Counted from the stretch's first letter, positions 36,137-47,268 are shown. The stretch: DNA of 64,000 bases from Cyanophora paradoxa CCMP329 (GCA_004431415.1 QPMI01000520.1:434001-498000), one strand, 5' to 3'. Numbers and translations: made by a program. The notes: a model not told the origin generated them from the letters alone.

Positions 36137-39100
36137 ATGCCTCGCGCTGTTAGCTATCGGAACGCAAAGACACGAAAGACGATTGATGAGAGAAGTAACT
36201 ATGGATATGCGAACGGGTTTCTGAGTGAAGAACAGTATGATGCTTTCCGCTACTTTGCCTTTCAGAAAAGACCTCGTGGGAGTGGATTGGAGGATATCTT
36301 GTATTCGATTAACGATATCATCGCTCGTGGTGAAGCCCGACAGAATACCGAAGATGAAATTAACCGTTTCGGGAATATTGAGGCAATCGAAGCGGGAAGT
36401 AAGAAGACCAAAGCGGAGCGGATCGCTGAGAAGCGAAACAAGAGAGCGGAGAGGAAACAGAAGAAGAAGGAGAAGAGAGCAGCAAGAACCGCTAAGAATG
36501 TTGTGAAGCAGAAGGAAAAGGAACGATTGGCGAAGGATCGTAAATATCGCAATGAGACCGAAATTATGCAAGCCATGAATAATCTCGTGGTTGAGATTAC
36601 ATGGAAAAATCAGAGAACTAATAAGATCGCATCGGCTCATGAATTCGTCGACAGAATAATAGGATGGGATCGATTCTATGAGCATCACCGAAATGCAGTA
36701 AGAGAAAGACGGGGTATTAAATTCCATCTGACGGTGACCGCAATTTATAAGAAACCGCTTCTACTCAATGGAAGACCTACGGGTATGTTTGGATATGATA
36801 CGTTCACAGGAATCCCCACGCGATACTTCCTTATCCTTAATGAGCGTGAAGTAGTTAATACTGTTGATACATCAATAGACGAACTACAAGAAATTCTCGA
36901 ATCACACCCCAGTGGTAAGTTAGACAATATTATAAAGTTCCAGCTACAAATTCTAACTTATCAACCAATCACCGGTAGCTCTTACATTCCGCTTCCGAAG
37001 GAGATAGAAGCGAAAAAAGCGGTGATCAATCCACAGAACAACGACCAAAAATGTTTCGCATGGGCGGTTACTATCGGACTACGTCACCATGAATTATCGC
37101 ATAAACACCGTTACGATGTCAAGCGATACAGGAAGTATGAGAAGGACTTTAATTGGGATAGTTTCCAGTTTCCGTTGAAGAATAACCCACGGGAATACGA
37201 AAGGGCTTCTAAGATGATCGGGCGACCAATTAATGTATACTCTCTCGAAACCGATAAGGAAACGAAAACATTACGGGTTGTTCCAATTCATGTGTGTATG
37301 GATCCAAACAGACAACATGAGACTATCGATATTCTTGTTTGGGGTGATGAGAAAACAGACACGATGCATTACGGTTACATTTCCAGCCTGTCGCGTCTCA
37401 TTCCAAGTTCACACCATGGGACAACTCATTATTGTAAGGCGTGTTTGAGGGGTTTTACCAGTGAGAGAGTCTTAGAGAATCACATAAAATACAACAAGTG
37501 CTACGATCGCCCAAATGCGACAGTTGATACCATGCCTGATCCTGATTCGGTTATAAGTTGGCGTCCACAGGAACACATTGATAAGACGGTTAGACATCCA
37601 ATGTTCATTGTTGGTGATTTCGAATGTATCTTACAAAAGGTGCAAGAGAAACGAGGCGATAACACAGATGTTTACCAGAAACACATACCCAGCGGATACA
37701 AGATTATGGTAATTCACAAGGGGGAGATCATTAAGCAGGTCTTGTATCGGAAGCAAAACGCAGAAGACGATGATGAGGTAACGCAGCATTTCATGCAAAC
37801 GTTGCGTTTCATGGAGTCTGACCTTCTCGACAGGTTGCGAACTGTTGAGCCAATGGTAATGACCTCGGAAGATAAGGACGATTTCAGCGGCTCTTTCTCG
37901 TGCTACATCTGTAATGAGAATTTCACAGCAGCCAATAAAAAGGTTCGCGATCATGACCACACAACCGGTGAATATCTCGGGGCGGCTTGCAATCTTTGCA
38001 ATCTAAGACGTCGTATTAAGCCAAAGATTCCGGTAATTTTCCACAATCTGAAAGGTTACGATGGTCATTACATTCTGAAAGCTATGAGAGATCCGACAAA
38101 TACCAGTGGTGAAATTCGTTGCATTGCGCAGAATTTCGAAAAGTTTGTAACCTTTGATGTTGGATCTTACAAGTTCTTGGATTCTCTGAATTTCATGGCT
38201 TCCAGTCTCGACAGTCTCGTTAAGAATCTTGGTAAGGATAATTTCAAGTTCACGAATGAGTGGTGTGATTCCATGAAATACACCAAACAACAGCGTGAAT
38301 TACTGATGAAAAAAGGACATTTCCCTTACGATTACCTCGACAGTTTCGAGAAACTCAATGAGACGCAATTACCACCAAAAGATGCGTTTTATTCGAAACT
38401 TAACGACACAGCAATAAGCGACAATGATTATGAGCATTGTGTGAAGGTTTGGGATGCTTTCAAGTGTAAGACACTCGGAGACTATCACGATATCTACCTT
38501 GCTACCGATGTATCCCTACTTGCGGACGTATTCGATACATTCCGCAATGTTTGCTATGAGCAATATGAAATTGACCCGATCCATTTCATCTCGGCTCCTC
38601 ACCTGTCGTGGTTTGCAATGTTGAAGTATACCGGAGTTGAGATAGAACAACTCTATGACCCGGATATGTATAGGTTCTTTGAGATGGGAATTCGTGGTGG
38701 GACATCTATGATTTCCACACGATATGGAGAAGCGAATAACCCATACATTGCGTCTTACGATCCATCGAAGCCGACGAAGTATATCATACCTTGGGATGCA
38801 AATAATCTTTATGGAAAGGCGATGAGTTTCAAGCTTCCCTACCGCTACTTTGAGTGGATTGGCGACATAGATAATTTCGATTACATGGGGTTCGATTCAG
38901 AAGGAGAACAAGGCGCGACATTGGAAGTGGACTTAGAATATCCCGCTCATCTACACGATCTACATAACGATCTTCCGTTAGCTCCTGAGTCGCTTGTAGT
39001 TACACGTGAAATGCTTTCAGCCACACAGTTGGAGATGATCTGTGAGGAGAAGTTACCAGAAATTCGCAAGTTGGTGCCGAATCTGATGGACAAAAAGAAC

Positions 39101-40114
39101 TATATCCTCCACATCAAGAACTTGCAGTATTACGTGAAGAAGGGCATGAAAGTAACGAAAGTGCATCGTGGTGTTATTTACGATCAGTCCGAATGGTTGA
39201 AACCTTACATAGACCTTAACACAAAACTGAGGACACAAGCGCGAAACGATTTCGAAAAAGATTTCTACAAACTCATGAATAACTCAGTTTTCGGCAAGAC
39301 CATGGAGAATGTGAGGAAGCGCAGTAACATTAAGTTGTGCTGTGATCCAAAGAAGCAACTGAAACACAACGGTAACCCATTGTTGAAGACAATGAAGATC
39401 ATTAATGAGAATCTCACAGCCATTGAGTTTTACAAGGGTTCCATTACGTTGGATAAGCCGATTTTCGTTGGTCAAGCCATCTTGGATATTTCGAAACTGA
39501 TTATGTATGAGTTCCACTACGATTACATCATGGAGAAGTATGGTAAGGATCGTGCGAGACTTCTGATGACTGACACCGATTCGCTATATTACGTGATAGA
39601 AACCGAAGATATCTATAAGGATATGAATAAAGACGCGTATTGGTTTGATCAGTCAGATTACAGCAAATCACACATGTGTTACAACCCGACAAATAAGAAG
39701 GTTCCGGGGTTGTTCAAGGATGACAGCAGCGATTACATTGTTACACGGTTTGCGGGATACAAGCCTAAGGCATATTCGTATGAGAAGGAGTTGAATGTTA
39801 AGGCTCTTTGTCTCGAAAAAGACTCGGAGAAGAAAACTGTTAAAAAGTTGAAGGGAGTTCAGAGGTCAGTAGTGCAGAATAGGTTAGAGTTCCAGCAATT
39901 CTACAACACTGTCATGGATCCTATGCAGGAGCAAGAGCAAGTAACAGTTAGAGGTTTCCGATCAAAGAACCACGAAGTAACAACGCAGGAAATGAAGAAA
40001 CGGGCATTTAATGCGCTCGATACTAAGAGGTATCTTTGTGAGGATCTCTACCATACTCTTGCGATTGGGCATTATCGTGCGGTTAGCGCAAACAAAAACC
40101 AAGTAGATATATAA
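36137..40114 (+). CDS. polB: Protein-primed family B DNA polymerase, with terminal-protein/vOTU-like N-terminus and endonuclease VII-like insertion
   Basis: ExoI GDFE, ExoII HNLKGYD, ExoIII YLATD; polymerase motifs DANNLYG, KLMNNSVFGK, TDTDS; CYIC..RDHDH..AC..CN insertion; NNDQKCFAW. Confidence 0.96.
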   Translation: MPRAVSYRNAKTRKTIDERSNYGYANGFLSEEQYDAFRYFAFQKRPRGSGLEDILYSINDIIARGEARQNTEDEINRFGNIEAIEAGSKKTKAERIAEKRNKRAERKQKKKEKRAARTAKNVVKQKEKERLAKDRKYRNETEIMQAMNNLVVEITWKNQRTNKIASAHEFVDRIIGWDRFYEHHRNAVRERRGIKFHLTVTAIYKKPLLLNGRPTGMFGYDTFTGIPTRYFLILNEREVVNTVDTSIDELQEILESHPSGKLDNIIKFQLQILTYQPITGSSYIPLPKEIEAKKAVINPQNNDQKCFAWAVTIGLRHHELSHKHRYDVKRYRKYEKDFNWDSFQFPLKNNPREYERASKMIGRPINVYSLETDKETKTLRVVPIHVCMDPNRQHETIDILVWGDEKTDTMHYGYISSLSRLIPSSHHGTTHYCKACLRGFTSERVLENHIKYNKCYDRPNATVDTMPDPDSVISWRPQEHIDKTVRHPMFIVGDFECILQKVQEKRGDNTDVYQKHIPSGYKIMVIHKGEIIKQVLYRKQNAEDDDEVTQHFMQTLRFMESDLLDRLRTVEPMVMTSEDKDDFSGSFSCYICNENFTAANKKVRDHDHTTGEYLGAACNLCNLRRRIKPKIPVIFHNLKGYDGHYILKAMRDPTNTSGEIRCIAQNFEKFVTFDVGSYKFLDSLNFMASSLDSLVKNLGKDNFKFTNEWCDSMKYTKQQRELLMKKGHFPYDYLDSFEKLNETQLPPKDAFYSKLNDTAISDNDYEHCVKVWDAFKCKTLGDYHDIYLATDVSLLADVFDTFRNVCYEQYEIDPIHFISAPHLSWFAMLKYTGVEIEQLYDPDMYRFFEMGIRGGTSMISTRYGEANNPYIASYDPSKPTKYIIPWDANNLYGKAMSFKLPYRYFEWIGDIDNFDYMGFDSEGEQGATLEVDLEYPAHLHDLHNDLPLAPESLVVTREMLSATQLEMICEEKLPEIRKLVPNLMDKKNYILHIKNLQYYVKKGMKVTKVHRGVIYDQSEWLKPYIDLNTKLRTQARNDFEKDFYKLMNNSVFGKTMENVRKRSNIKLCCDPKKQLKHNGNPLLKTMKIINENLTAIEFYKGSITLDKPIFVGQAILDISKLIMYEFHYDYIMEKYGKDRARLLMTDTDSLYYVIETEDIYKDMNKDAYWFDQSDYSKSHMCYNPTNKKVPGLFKDDSSDYIVTRFAGYKPKAYSYEKELNVKALCLEKDSEKKTVKKLKGVQRSVVQNRLEFQQFYNTVMDPMQEQEQVTVRGFRSKNHEVTTQEMKKRAFNALDTKRYLCEDLYHTLAIGHYRAVSANKNQVDI

Positions 40115-41175
40115 ATGGATCAGGTGCTTAGTTATAGCAAATATCGACAGAAACTAATTAATGATGGTGTTAAATTTGATGAGGAAGAACTACGAAAACG
40201 TTTTAAAAATCGTGAAATAGACCAGATCTTTAAGAAACCCAAAAAGCAGAAGACATTTCTTAGAATCGTTGCCCCTCCTAATTCGTTCCAGGTTGACGTG
40301 ATATTTTTCAAGAACTACAAAACAGGAAATAATGGAATCGACAGGATGATGGGATTTATTGACATATTAAGTCGTAAAGCGTTCGTGTATCCATTCAAAA
40401 TGGGAGACTCAAAAGTAGAGATTCTTAACAGGTTCAAAGTTGAAGCAGGTAAGGTGAATGCGATCGCAGGAGATAATGAGTTTTCAGCTGAAATGTATCG
40501 TAAATGGTGTGAGGAGAACAATGTAACACTTTATACAGACGTTGCAAAGAATGACCACATAACAGTAGGCGACAAATTGGGGATTATCGATAGGTTCACA
40601 AGGACATTCAAGCAATATTTAAGAAAGGCGATTACATCAAGTGGAAACCCAAAGTGGACAGAATACTATAAAGACGTTTTAACAACTTACAATAATTCAC
40701 CGCATGTTTCTTTAAAGAATGATTCACCCAATGCAGTTTATGGTAATAACGAAAAGGAGTCGTTCATATATTTCAGGGACGCTGTTCATAATAAGAGAAT
40801 TAAAGATGGGATGCCCACTTTTAAAGAGGGTGATTATGTTCGTGCTGTGACAGAAAAGAAGGTATTCGATAAAGAAGGTGCAAGATACACGAAGCAGGTT
40901 TACAAGGTAGCAGGTAAAGTAGGTAATCGATTTAGTTTATTGGAAGAGAACGAAGGAGAGACACCCAAAGAAGTGCGTAGAAACTTTAAGATGAATGAGT
41001 TACAAAAGGTGGATAAGGACGCAATTGTTAAGATTCCCACACAAAACGTGTAGAGAGAGTTAGAAAAACAACGAAAGTAAATAGATTAGTAGCAAAAGAA
41101 GGGATTAAACCAAATAGAAAGGTTGTAGTTCGAAAGAAGTATAATTTAAGGAGCGGTGCCGCTACTCGTCGATAA
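40115..41175 (+). CDS. Retroviral-type (rve, DDE) integrase; ORF stops at 41053 but probably continues to 41175 across a 1-nt frameshift
   Basis: FQVDVIFF, AGDNEFS, GIIDRFTRT, YNNSPH and downstream FKEGDYVR domain; alternative frame continues KVNRLVAKEGI..KYNLRS. Confidence 0.9.
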
Positions 41176-41500
41176 ATTTAATTGGTTTGTATTTTTCGAA
41201 AACCTCGCTATGGTGGATACCACGCATAAACCACGTTCCATTTTCATTATCCCATCGTGCGCCGTATTGTTTTGCTTCTTCTTTTTCGCTGTAAGGAACC
41301 GTAATATATACAATTTGATCGATTCCTTTTACTTCTTCTTTTGAAAGTTGTTTAAATTTTGTGAGTAATTCACTGTCTTTTTTGGTTGTATACCAAAGGT
41401 GAGTATCCGGATCCCATCGACCACCCATTTGTTTAACTTCTTTACGATCCTCGTAACGTGAGACAATATAATAACGGGTTGTCTTTGGTTTTGATTCCAT
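41162..41500 (-). CDS. Tandem DUF5710-like domain protein
   Basis: Two repeats: YEDRKEVKQMGGRWDPDTHLWY and VPYSEKEEAKQYGARWDNENGTWF. Confidence 0.8.
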   Translation of the reverse strand: MESKPKTTRYYIVSRYEDRKEVKQMGGRWDPDTHLWYTTKKDSELLTKFKQLSKEEVKGIDQIVYITVPYSEKEEAKQYGARWDNENGTWFMRGIHHSEVFEKYKPIKFIDE

Positions 41501-41520
41501 GTTTTTTTACAAAAAGTTAA

Positions 41521-41855
41521 GATAAATCTTTATATGTTTAAAACGAATTCGATGTGGTGAATACAGGTAATTGAAATTTTGGTTTATGGTAATTAGTTTT
41601 TGTGGGATATTTTTCGATTAATCGTGGAATATCGAGAGATATCGTGTGTAATCGTGTGGATATCGTGTTTATCGTGTGGATATGGTGCGGATATCGTGGT
41701 GTATCGTGTGGATATGGTGCGGATATCGTGGTGTATCGTGTGGATATCGTGTGAAATTAATCGATAGAATGGCTTATGGTAAGGAGTTTTGAGATTTTGT
41801 GAAATATGAGACGATAAATGGTGTCGTGGGGCAGAACGCCCAAAACACCATTTTT
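41521..41855 (-). repeat. Right terminal inverted repeat of element 1 (335 bp)
   Basis: Reverse complement of 29951-30285. Confidence 0.95.
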
Positions 41856-42411
41856 TATAAATTTGTTGAGCGTGTAATTAAATTAACGTTAACGTAGCTA
41901 GCGCTTTTTCCTTCAATGAACTTCCTTCGCTTTTATCAAGTACTAGTACTAGTACTAGTACAGCCTGTAGGAAATGGCGAATCATTGAATGTTTAATTTT
42001 TAAAAAGTTTCAAAGTGAGAAAAAATACTTTCAGGTTGCCCAGCTAGGTTGCCCTGTCTGTTTATCCTCGTCGACGGTTCACGCCCTCTGTTCCTCTTCC
42101 GGAAGGTCACGGAGTGACACACCGGTACCGTGACATGCACAGTGACCGTCGGACAGACGTCGAGTCGTCGACGTCGTCGACTCACGCCAGTCCGCGGCCG
42201 GGATCCCGGCCGTCGACGTCATCCCGGGCCGGGAGTCCGACGTCGGCTGTCTCGGCGACTCTCATGATCACGTACGTACGCGGTACTACGGTACTACGTA
42301 TACTACACTGGTACGTATAGAGGCCTATTAGAGGGCCATAGGCCCATAGTCTATTAGAGGCTACTAGCCCTAGTTGGTACCGGTAGTTACAGTAGCCTAG
42401 TACTGTCACAG

Positions 42412-42625
42412 TGTAGGCGTAGTGAAATTGCCGTGGAGTTAAATTGCCGAATTCGCCCAAAACCGGAATTGCCGTGGCGGTAAATTGCCGAATCCAGAAT
42501 TCTGCTCTATGGCGGGCTAGGAACATGCCTACCCCCCAAGCGATTGCCGTGGAGCTAAATTGCCGAATTCAGCCTCTCGGCAATTTACGGCAATTTAAAA
42601 CCACGGCAATTTAACTACTCCTACA
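42412..42625. mobile_element. MITE-like element with ~25-bp TIRs and internal AAATTGCCG repeats
   Basis: tgtaggcgtagtgaaattgccgtgg versus the reverse complement of ccacggcaatttaactactcctaca (2 mismatches). Confidence 0.6.
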
Positions 42626-43038
42626 GTAGTACCACCCCTGGTAGCTACTGGTACGGTAGGCGGCCGTAGCCTAGTAGGCCCCGCGTACTCAACTAACGTG
42701 GTACCAACTACTACCAAGCTACGTATACGTACATGCTACCAACTTGGCAACATTCTGGCAAATTAACTCCCGGAGTCCGAATTCGAATACGAAGGCCCTG
42801 CAGGCTGCAGCCTGCAGCTGAGGCTTGGCTCAGCTAGCAACTTGTACACTGTGACATGTAGCAAGTCGATCCCAAATTAACATGTACAGACGTCGACCGA
42901 TAGAATACGTATACACGCGTACGTGGTATGCATCGAGATGTATATTAACCGTTGAACGCTAGCTAAGTGCCACGGACGTGATCATGAGGTGCGCTGTTCG
43001 CGATCGTACGCGTCTGACGGTCGCATCGATATCGATAT

Positions 43039-43200
43039 TCGAACCTATGTGAGCGTCAGCGTAGCATAGGGCAGTGTATGGCTGCCAAATAAAGGCAGCC
43101 TTGCTTACGCACATATGTACAAGGGGCGCACTTACAAGTTATAAGTGCGCCCCTGGGGTACAAGCCTCAGTCTTGCTTCGCAGCCAAGGCCTCTAAGCTT
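43039..43200 (+). repeat. Split direct repeat A1
   Basis: Same as 45079-45239 except one extra G in a G-run. Confidence 0.93.
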
Positions 43201-43205
43201 AGGTC

Positions 43206-44292
43206 ATGGCTCGCTCGCGGAGGAGCCCATCGTGGGCCCCTCTGTTCGTAGTCGTCTTGACCATCATTCTGCTCGTCGCCTGTGCCGAGGCGGCGCAGAA
43301 ACGCAAGTCAACGGCCACTGGTGCGCGCAAGTCGGCCAAACCCAAGACGGCGACGACCCCCGCGCCCAGGCCCGGAGGTCGTCATCTCGTCTTCAAGCTC
43401 CGGCCAACGACAGTGCGGAGGAGGAGCAGCCTGCACCTCCGCCGACGCGATCTCGCAAAGGCAAGGAGAAAGCCGTGTCGCCGGATCCGGACCAGCAGCA
43501 GTCCGACCCAGAAGATGAACCTGAGGACGACGTTGCCGTTAGACTGGCACAGCGTGAGCAGTTCGGTGGCGCCTACGACGAGGAAGAGCAAGTGGCTGCG
43601 CACAACTTTCCGAACTTGGCGCAAGTGGATCCGGGCGCGGCTGGCCCGTCAACCGGCTTCACCCGTCACCTTCAAGGCCCTTATGCTGTACCCGCTGGCA
43701 ACTCGACTGCCCCAACGTCGACCAAACCGGCAGCGGGTGCGCTTCCGCCAGCGTGGGCTGAGCTACTTCAGCGTGGGATAGATAGCGCGGTCATCAAGCT
43801 TCAAGAGCAGCAGCAGCAGCAGCTCGGCGAGCAGCAGAAAGACAACCATGAGGCTATGCAGCTCAAAAACCCGTGGCTTCGTGAGCTTGCCCTGCAGCTA
43901 TCGCAGCTTAAGTTTCAGCTCAAGAGATGCTCTTCGTGCACTGCGTGCTACGATCACGTAAAGCAGAGCCTCAAAATCCTCGACGAGCTCCGGAAGCGGA
44001 TCGACATTCGCGACAAGGGCGGCGACAAGCTTGCCGAGCGGCTGGCAGGTGTGCCAGAGGAGTATCGGGGCACGGCTGCGGCGCTGGCGCACGCGCTCAA
44101 CATTGCTGGCCCGGAGGCCGCCGGCGGGCGCCCGTATGTGCAGCACGCCAACCCGCGGCCCAGCACCAGGGCCGCGATCGCCCGCCGTCGCAGCGCAACA
44201 GCGGGATGTGTTTCCGCTGCAACAAGCCCGGGCATGTCGTGAAGGATTGCCCGAACGAGCCGCGCCCCGGCTGGCGCGACCCCCCCAAGTAG
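43206..44292 (+). CDS. gag: Gag-like ORF1 with CCHC zinc knuckle (apparent frameshifts near 43360 and 44160)
   Basis: CFRCNKPGHVVKDC near the 3' end; coiled/low-complexity body in ORF 43145-44242; first ATG after A1 is at 43206. Confidence 0.75.
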
Positions 44293-45017
44293 ACGTGCGC
44301 GCCCTTGTGTGGACGCGCAGTTTTCGTTTCGCATTTCGCTAGATACTAGTGTTTCGGTGTGTTCTTGCAAGCATAAGTATTGCTAGCATATGCAAGTGCA
44401 GTCTTCAGAAGATCTAGAGTGTGCGTGTATGCTTCCCTAAACATGCAATACATGTATTATGCTTCCATTTCATGTGATGGTGTGGCCGGGTGCGGCATTG
44501 TGGCCGGGTGCGGCATAGTCATTACCAGCCGTGGTGGCGCCGGCATGCTGTGGCTTTATGCATTGGTCCTGTGTGCATTTGCATGTGTTAACACTGTGAA
44601 GTGTGACTGTGAGTGTAGTCTACTTTTCTTTTCAATGCTAGTGGCATATATTGCCGTCTGGATGACTCCAACCTGGCAGAGCCCCAGCTGACTCCCGGCA
44701 ACTGACCTGTTTCCAGCACAGGTCAGGAGTGCTGATGGCTGTCGAGCTCCTGGCCCCTCCGGCCTTCCCGTGTGTCGCTATCGCATACTGGGCGCTCTGA
44801 AATTAACCTAGTGCATTTTGCAGGTGAGGAGTACACAAGGGTACGAAGATTCCATGATGCCAACTGTTCCCGCTGATATCGCAGGTTGGCGCATTCATCC
44901 AGAAAGTCCATGCCTGTGCAAATGTGTTGTGGCACTGTGGGTGCATTGTGGCACTGTGTGTGCATGTGAGCTCAAGACTTGAACCAACAAGCACATTGAC
45001 ACGCTCACTCTTATATT

Positions 45018-45239
45018 CTTCATGACAAGACATGTTGTGCTTAGCTTGCTGTAAGCAAGGCTGCCGTGGCAGCCATACTCGAACCTATGTGAGCGTCAGC
45101 GTAGCATAGGGCAGTGTATGGCTGCCAAATAAAGGCAGCCTTGCTTACGCACATATGTACAAGGGCGCACTTACAAGTTATAAGTGCGCCCCTGGGGTAC
45201 AAGCCTCAGTCTTGCTTCGCAGCCAAGGCCTCTAAGCTT
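45018..45239 (+). repeat. Internal B1|A2 junction
   Basis: 61-bp B copy abutting 161-bp A copy (..gccatac|tcgaacc..). Confidence 0.93.
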
Positions 45240-47268
45240 CTTCCCGTTCGCGTGTCACCATCTTCAAGCCAGCGGCTGCATGGACCATCAGCTGTAGCAG
45301 TGCTAGATGGCACCGCGATAATTGGGCATGTCTGCCAATGCAAGGCCTCACCTCACTTTGCAGGAGGCTTTGTTGCATCCTGCATTCAAGCTGCAGTCCA
45401 ACAGTGGAGAGCGATTGGAGCCAATGATGTCGTGCTCAACTGGATCTTGCGTGGTTTCCCTTTGTCAGGAGCGAGGCGGCTGCCAGCAGAGCGCCGGGCC
45501 AACCACAAGTCTGCGGCTGTGGACCATCAGGACTTTGTGAGAACCGAAATTCAGAAGCTTTTGCGCACGGGAGCGATCAGAGAAGTTGAAGAAGCTCAAG
45601 TGAACATTGTCTGCTCACTGTCTGTGGTGCCCAAGAAGACTGGATCCAAGTTGCGGCTCATCTGGGATGGCCGGCCTACCAATAAAGGCCTTCCGGACAT
45701 CCCCTTCAAGTATGAGACTCTTGAGCATGTTGCAGCCATGCTGCGCCAAGGCTGGTACATGTTCACTATTGACCTTGAATCTGGATACCACCACGTGCCA
45801 GTCTCCCCGCAAGACTGGCGGAACATGGGCTTTGAGTTTGACAGCAAATTCTATGTGTACACAGTTTTGCCCTTCGGCCTCAAGCACTCACCGTTTGCAT
45901 TCGTCAAGATCATGCGACAAGTGGTCAACTACTTCCGCCGCTTTGGCATCTTCGTGGTGAACTATGTTGACGACTGGTGGTTTGCTGCTCCAACCTACGA
46001 GAAGGCCTGTGAATTGCGGGATTTCGTCCTCAAAACATTTGCTGCCCTCAAGCTTGTGGTCAACAGCAAATCTGAGCTCACCCCAGCACAGTCGGTGGCT
46101 TTCTTGGCTTCATAGTGGACTCCGCCCGCATGTTGTTTGAAGTACCCCAAGACAAGCTTGGTCGTCTGCTTGCTTTGATCAAAGGGCTTCTGAAGAAAAA
46201 GAAATCAGCATCTGCACGTGAAATGGCCAAGGTCGCCGGCACCTTGTGTCCATGGCACGGGGCTTGGCTCCAGCTCGCATCAAGACCAGGTCCCTCTTTC
46301 GATACATCAATGTTGTGGCAAGAGAATGGCATTGGAATCATCCAGTGGAGCTCACCAATGAGACTCGTCGGGAACTTGAGTGGTGGCTGGCCAACATCCA
46401 CCGATACAATGGCCGCTGCCCTATTCGGCCTGAAAGGCTCCTTGTGTTGACTACGGATGCAAGCCATGTTGGTGCAGGAGCCTGGATCACTACCCGAATT
46501 GGTGATGCTCAACCTGTGGCTTGGGAGCTTGAGCCTGCCCCATTCCAGTGCCTGTGGAACCAAGAAGAAGCTCAGCAAATTTCGTCGTGGCGCGAGTTAA
46601 TGGCAGTGCTTCGCGCTATGCAGCACTATCAAGGTTTATTGCGCAATCAGAACATCTTAGTTCGCTCGGACAACACAGTGACTGTGGCCTACATCAACAA
46701 TGGTGGCGGAAGACATGAATACCTTTGCCGAGTTGCAGCAGCAATTTGGGATATTGCTCTGCTCAACTGCATCAGCATTGAAGCAGAACACATTCCTGGT
46801 GTTGACAATGAGTGGTCCGATGCTTTGAGTCGCTACTTTTACCCCGCCGACTACTCTTTGAAACCTGGATATTTTGCCATGGTCAGTCGGACATTTGGAC
46901 CTTTTGATATTGATCGTATGGCCTCATCAGCCAACACTCACCTAAATCGATACTTTTCCATTGATTTGAATGATCGACATGCTGAAGGATATGATTGCTT
47001 TACAGCAACCTGGCGTGGTGCTCGTAATTACGTCTTTCCGGACCCAAATTTCCTCTTGCACCTTGTGTCACATGTCCGCCAGTGTAGGGCCTCGGCAGTT
47101 TTTATTGTCCCTCAGTGGCCCTCAGCTCCATGGTGGCCACAGTTGCAGCTTGCCTTGCGTGCACCTGCAATGGTGCTCGGCCCAGCATATGACGTGTGCT
47201 ATCGCGGGCCTCGCTCGGCACAGTTACCTTCCTGGATTCTTGTTGCTCTTTATGCGTCGTGGGAGTAG
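45240..47268 (+). CDS. pol: DIRS-type pol: reverse transcriptase, RNase H, DNA N6-adenine methyltransferase-like domain (frameshifts near 46105 and 46245; start unclear)
   Basis: RT: KLRLIWD, IDLESGYHHV, LPFGL, YVDD. RH: TTDAS, WRELMAV, RSDN, HIPGVDN..DALSR. MT: FGPFDIDRMAS..YVFPDP..VPQWPSAPWWP. Confidence 0.9.

Larger units (their letters stand above)
29951..41855. mobile_element. Complete endogenous Polinton-like virus (element 1), 11,905 bp
   Basis: Sharp AT-rich island; 335-bp TIRs; 6-bp TSD TATAAA (29945-29950, 41856-41861); intronless genes for ATPase, MCP, penton, pPolB and rve integrase. Confidence 0.95.

Noticed and set aside
35987-36727. 246-aa antisense ORF over the pPolB 5' end
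   Set aside because: Mirror of the Lys/Glu-rich pPolB N-terminus with no independent coding signal.
29951-41855. Bacterial/phage contamination or chimeric assembly
   Set aside because: TIRs plus a 6-bp TSD embedded in host-type DNA and a eukaryotic PLV gene set indicate true integration.
43039-45239. A1/A2 as LTRs of an LTR retrotransposon
   Set aside because: No TG..CA ends, TSD or DDE integrase; pol and YR lie outside the pair and the B repeats define a split-repeat element.
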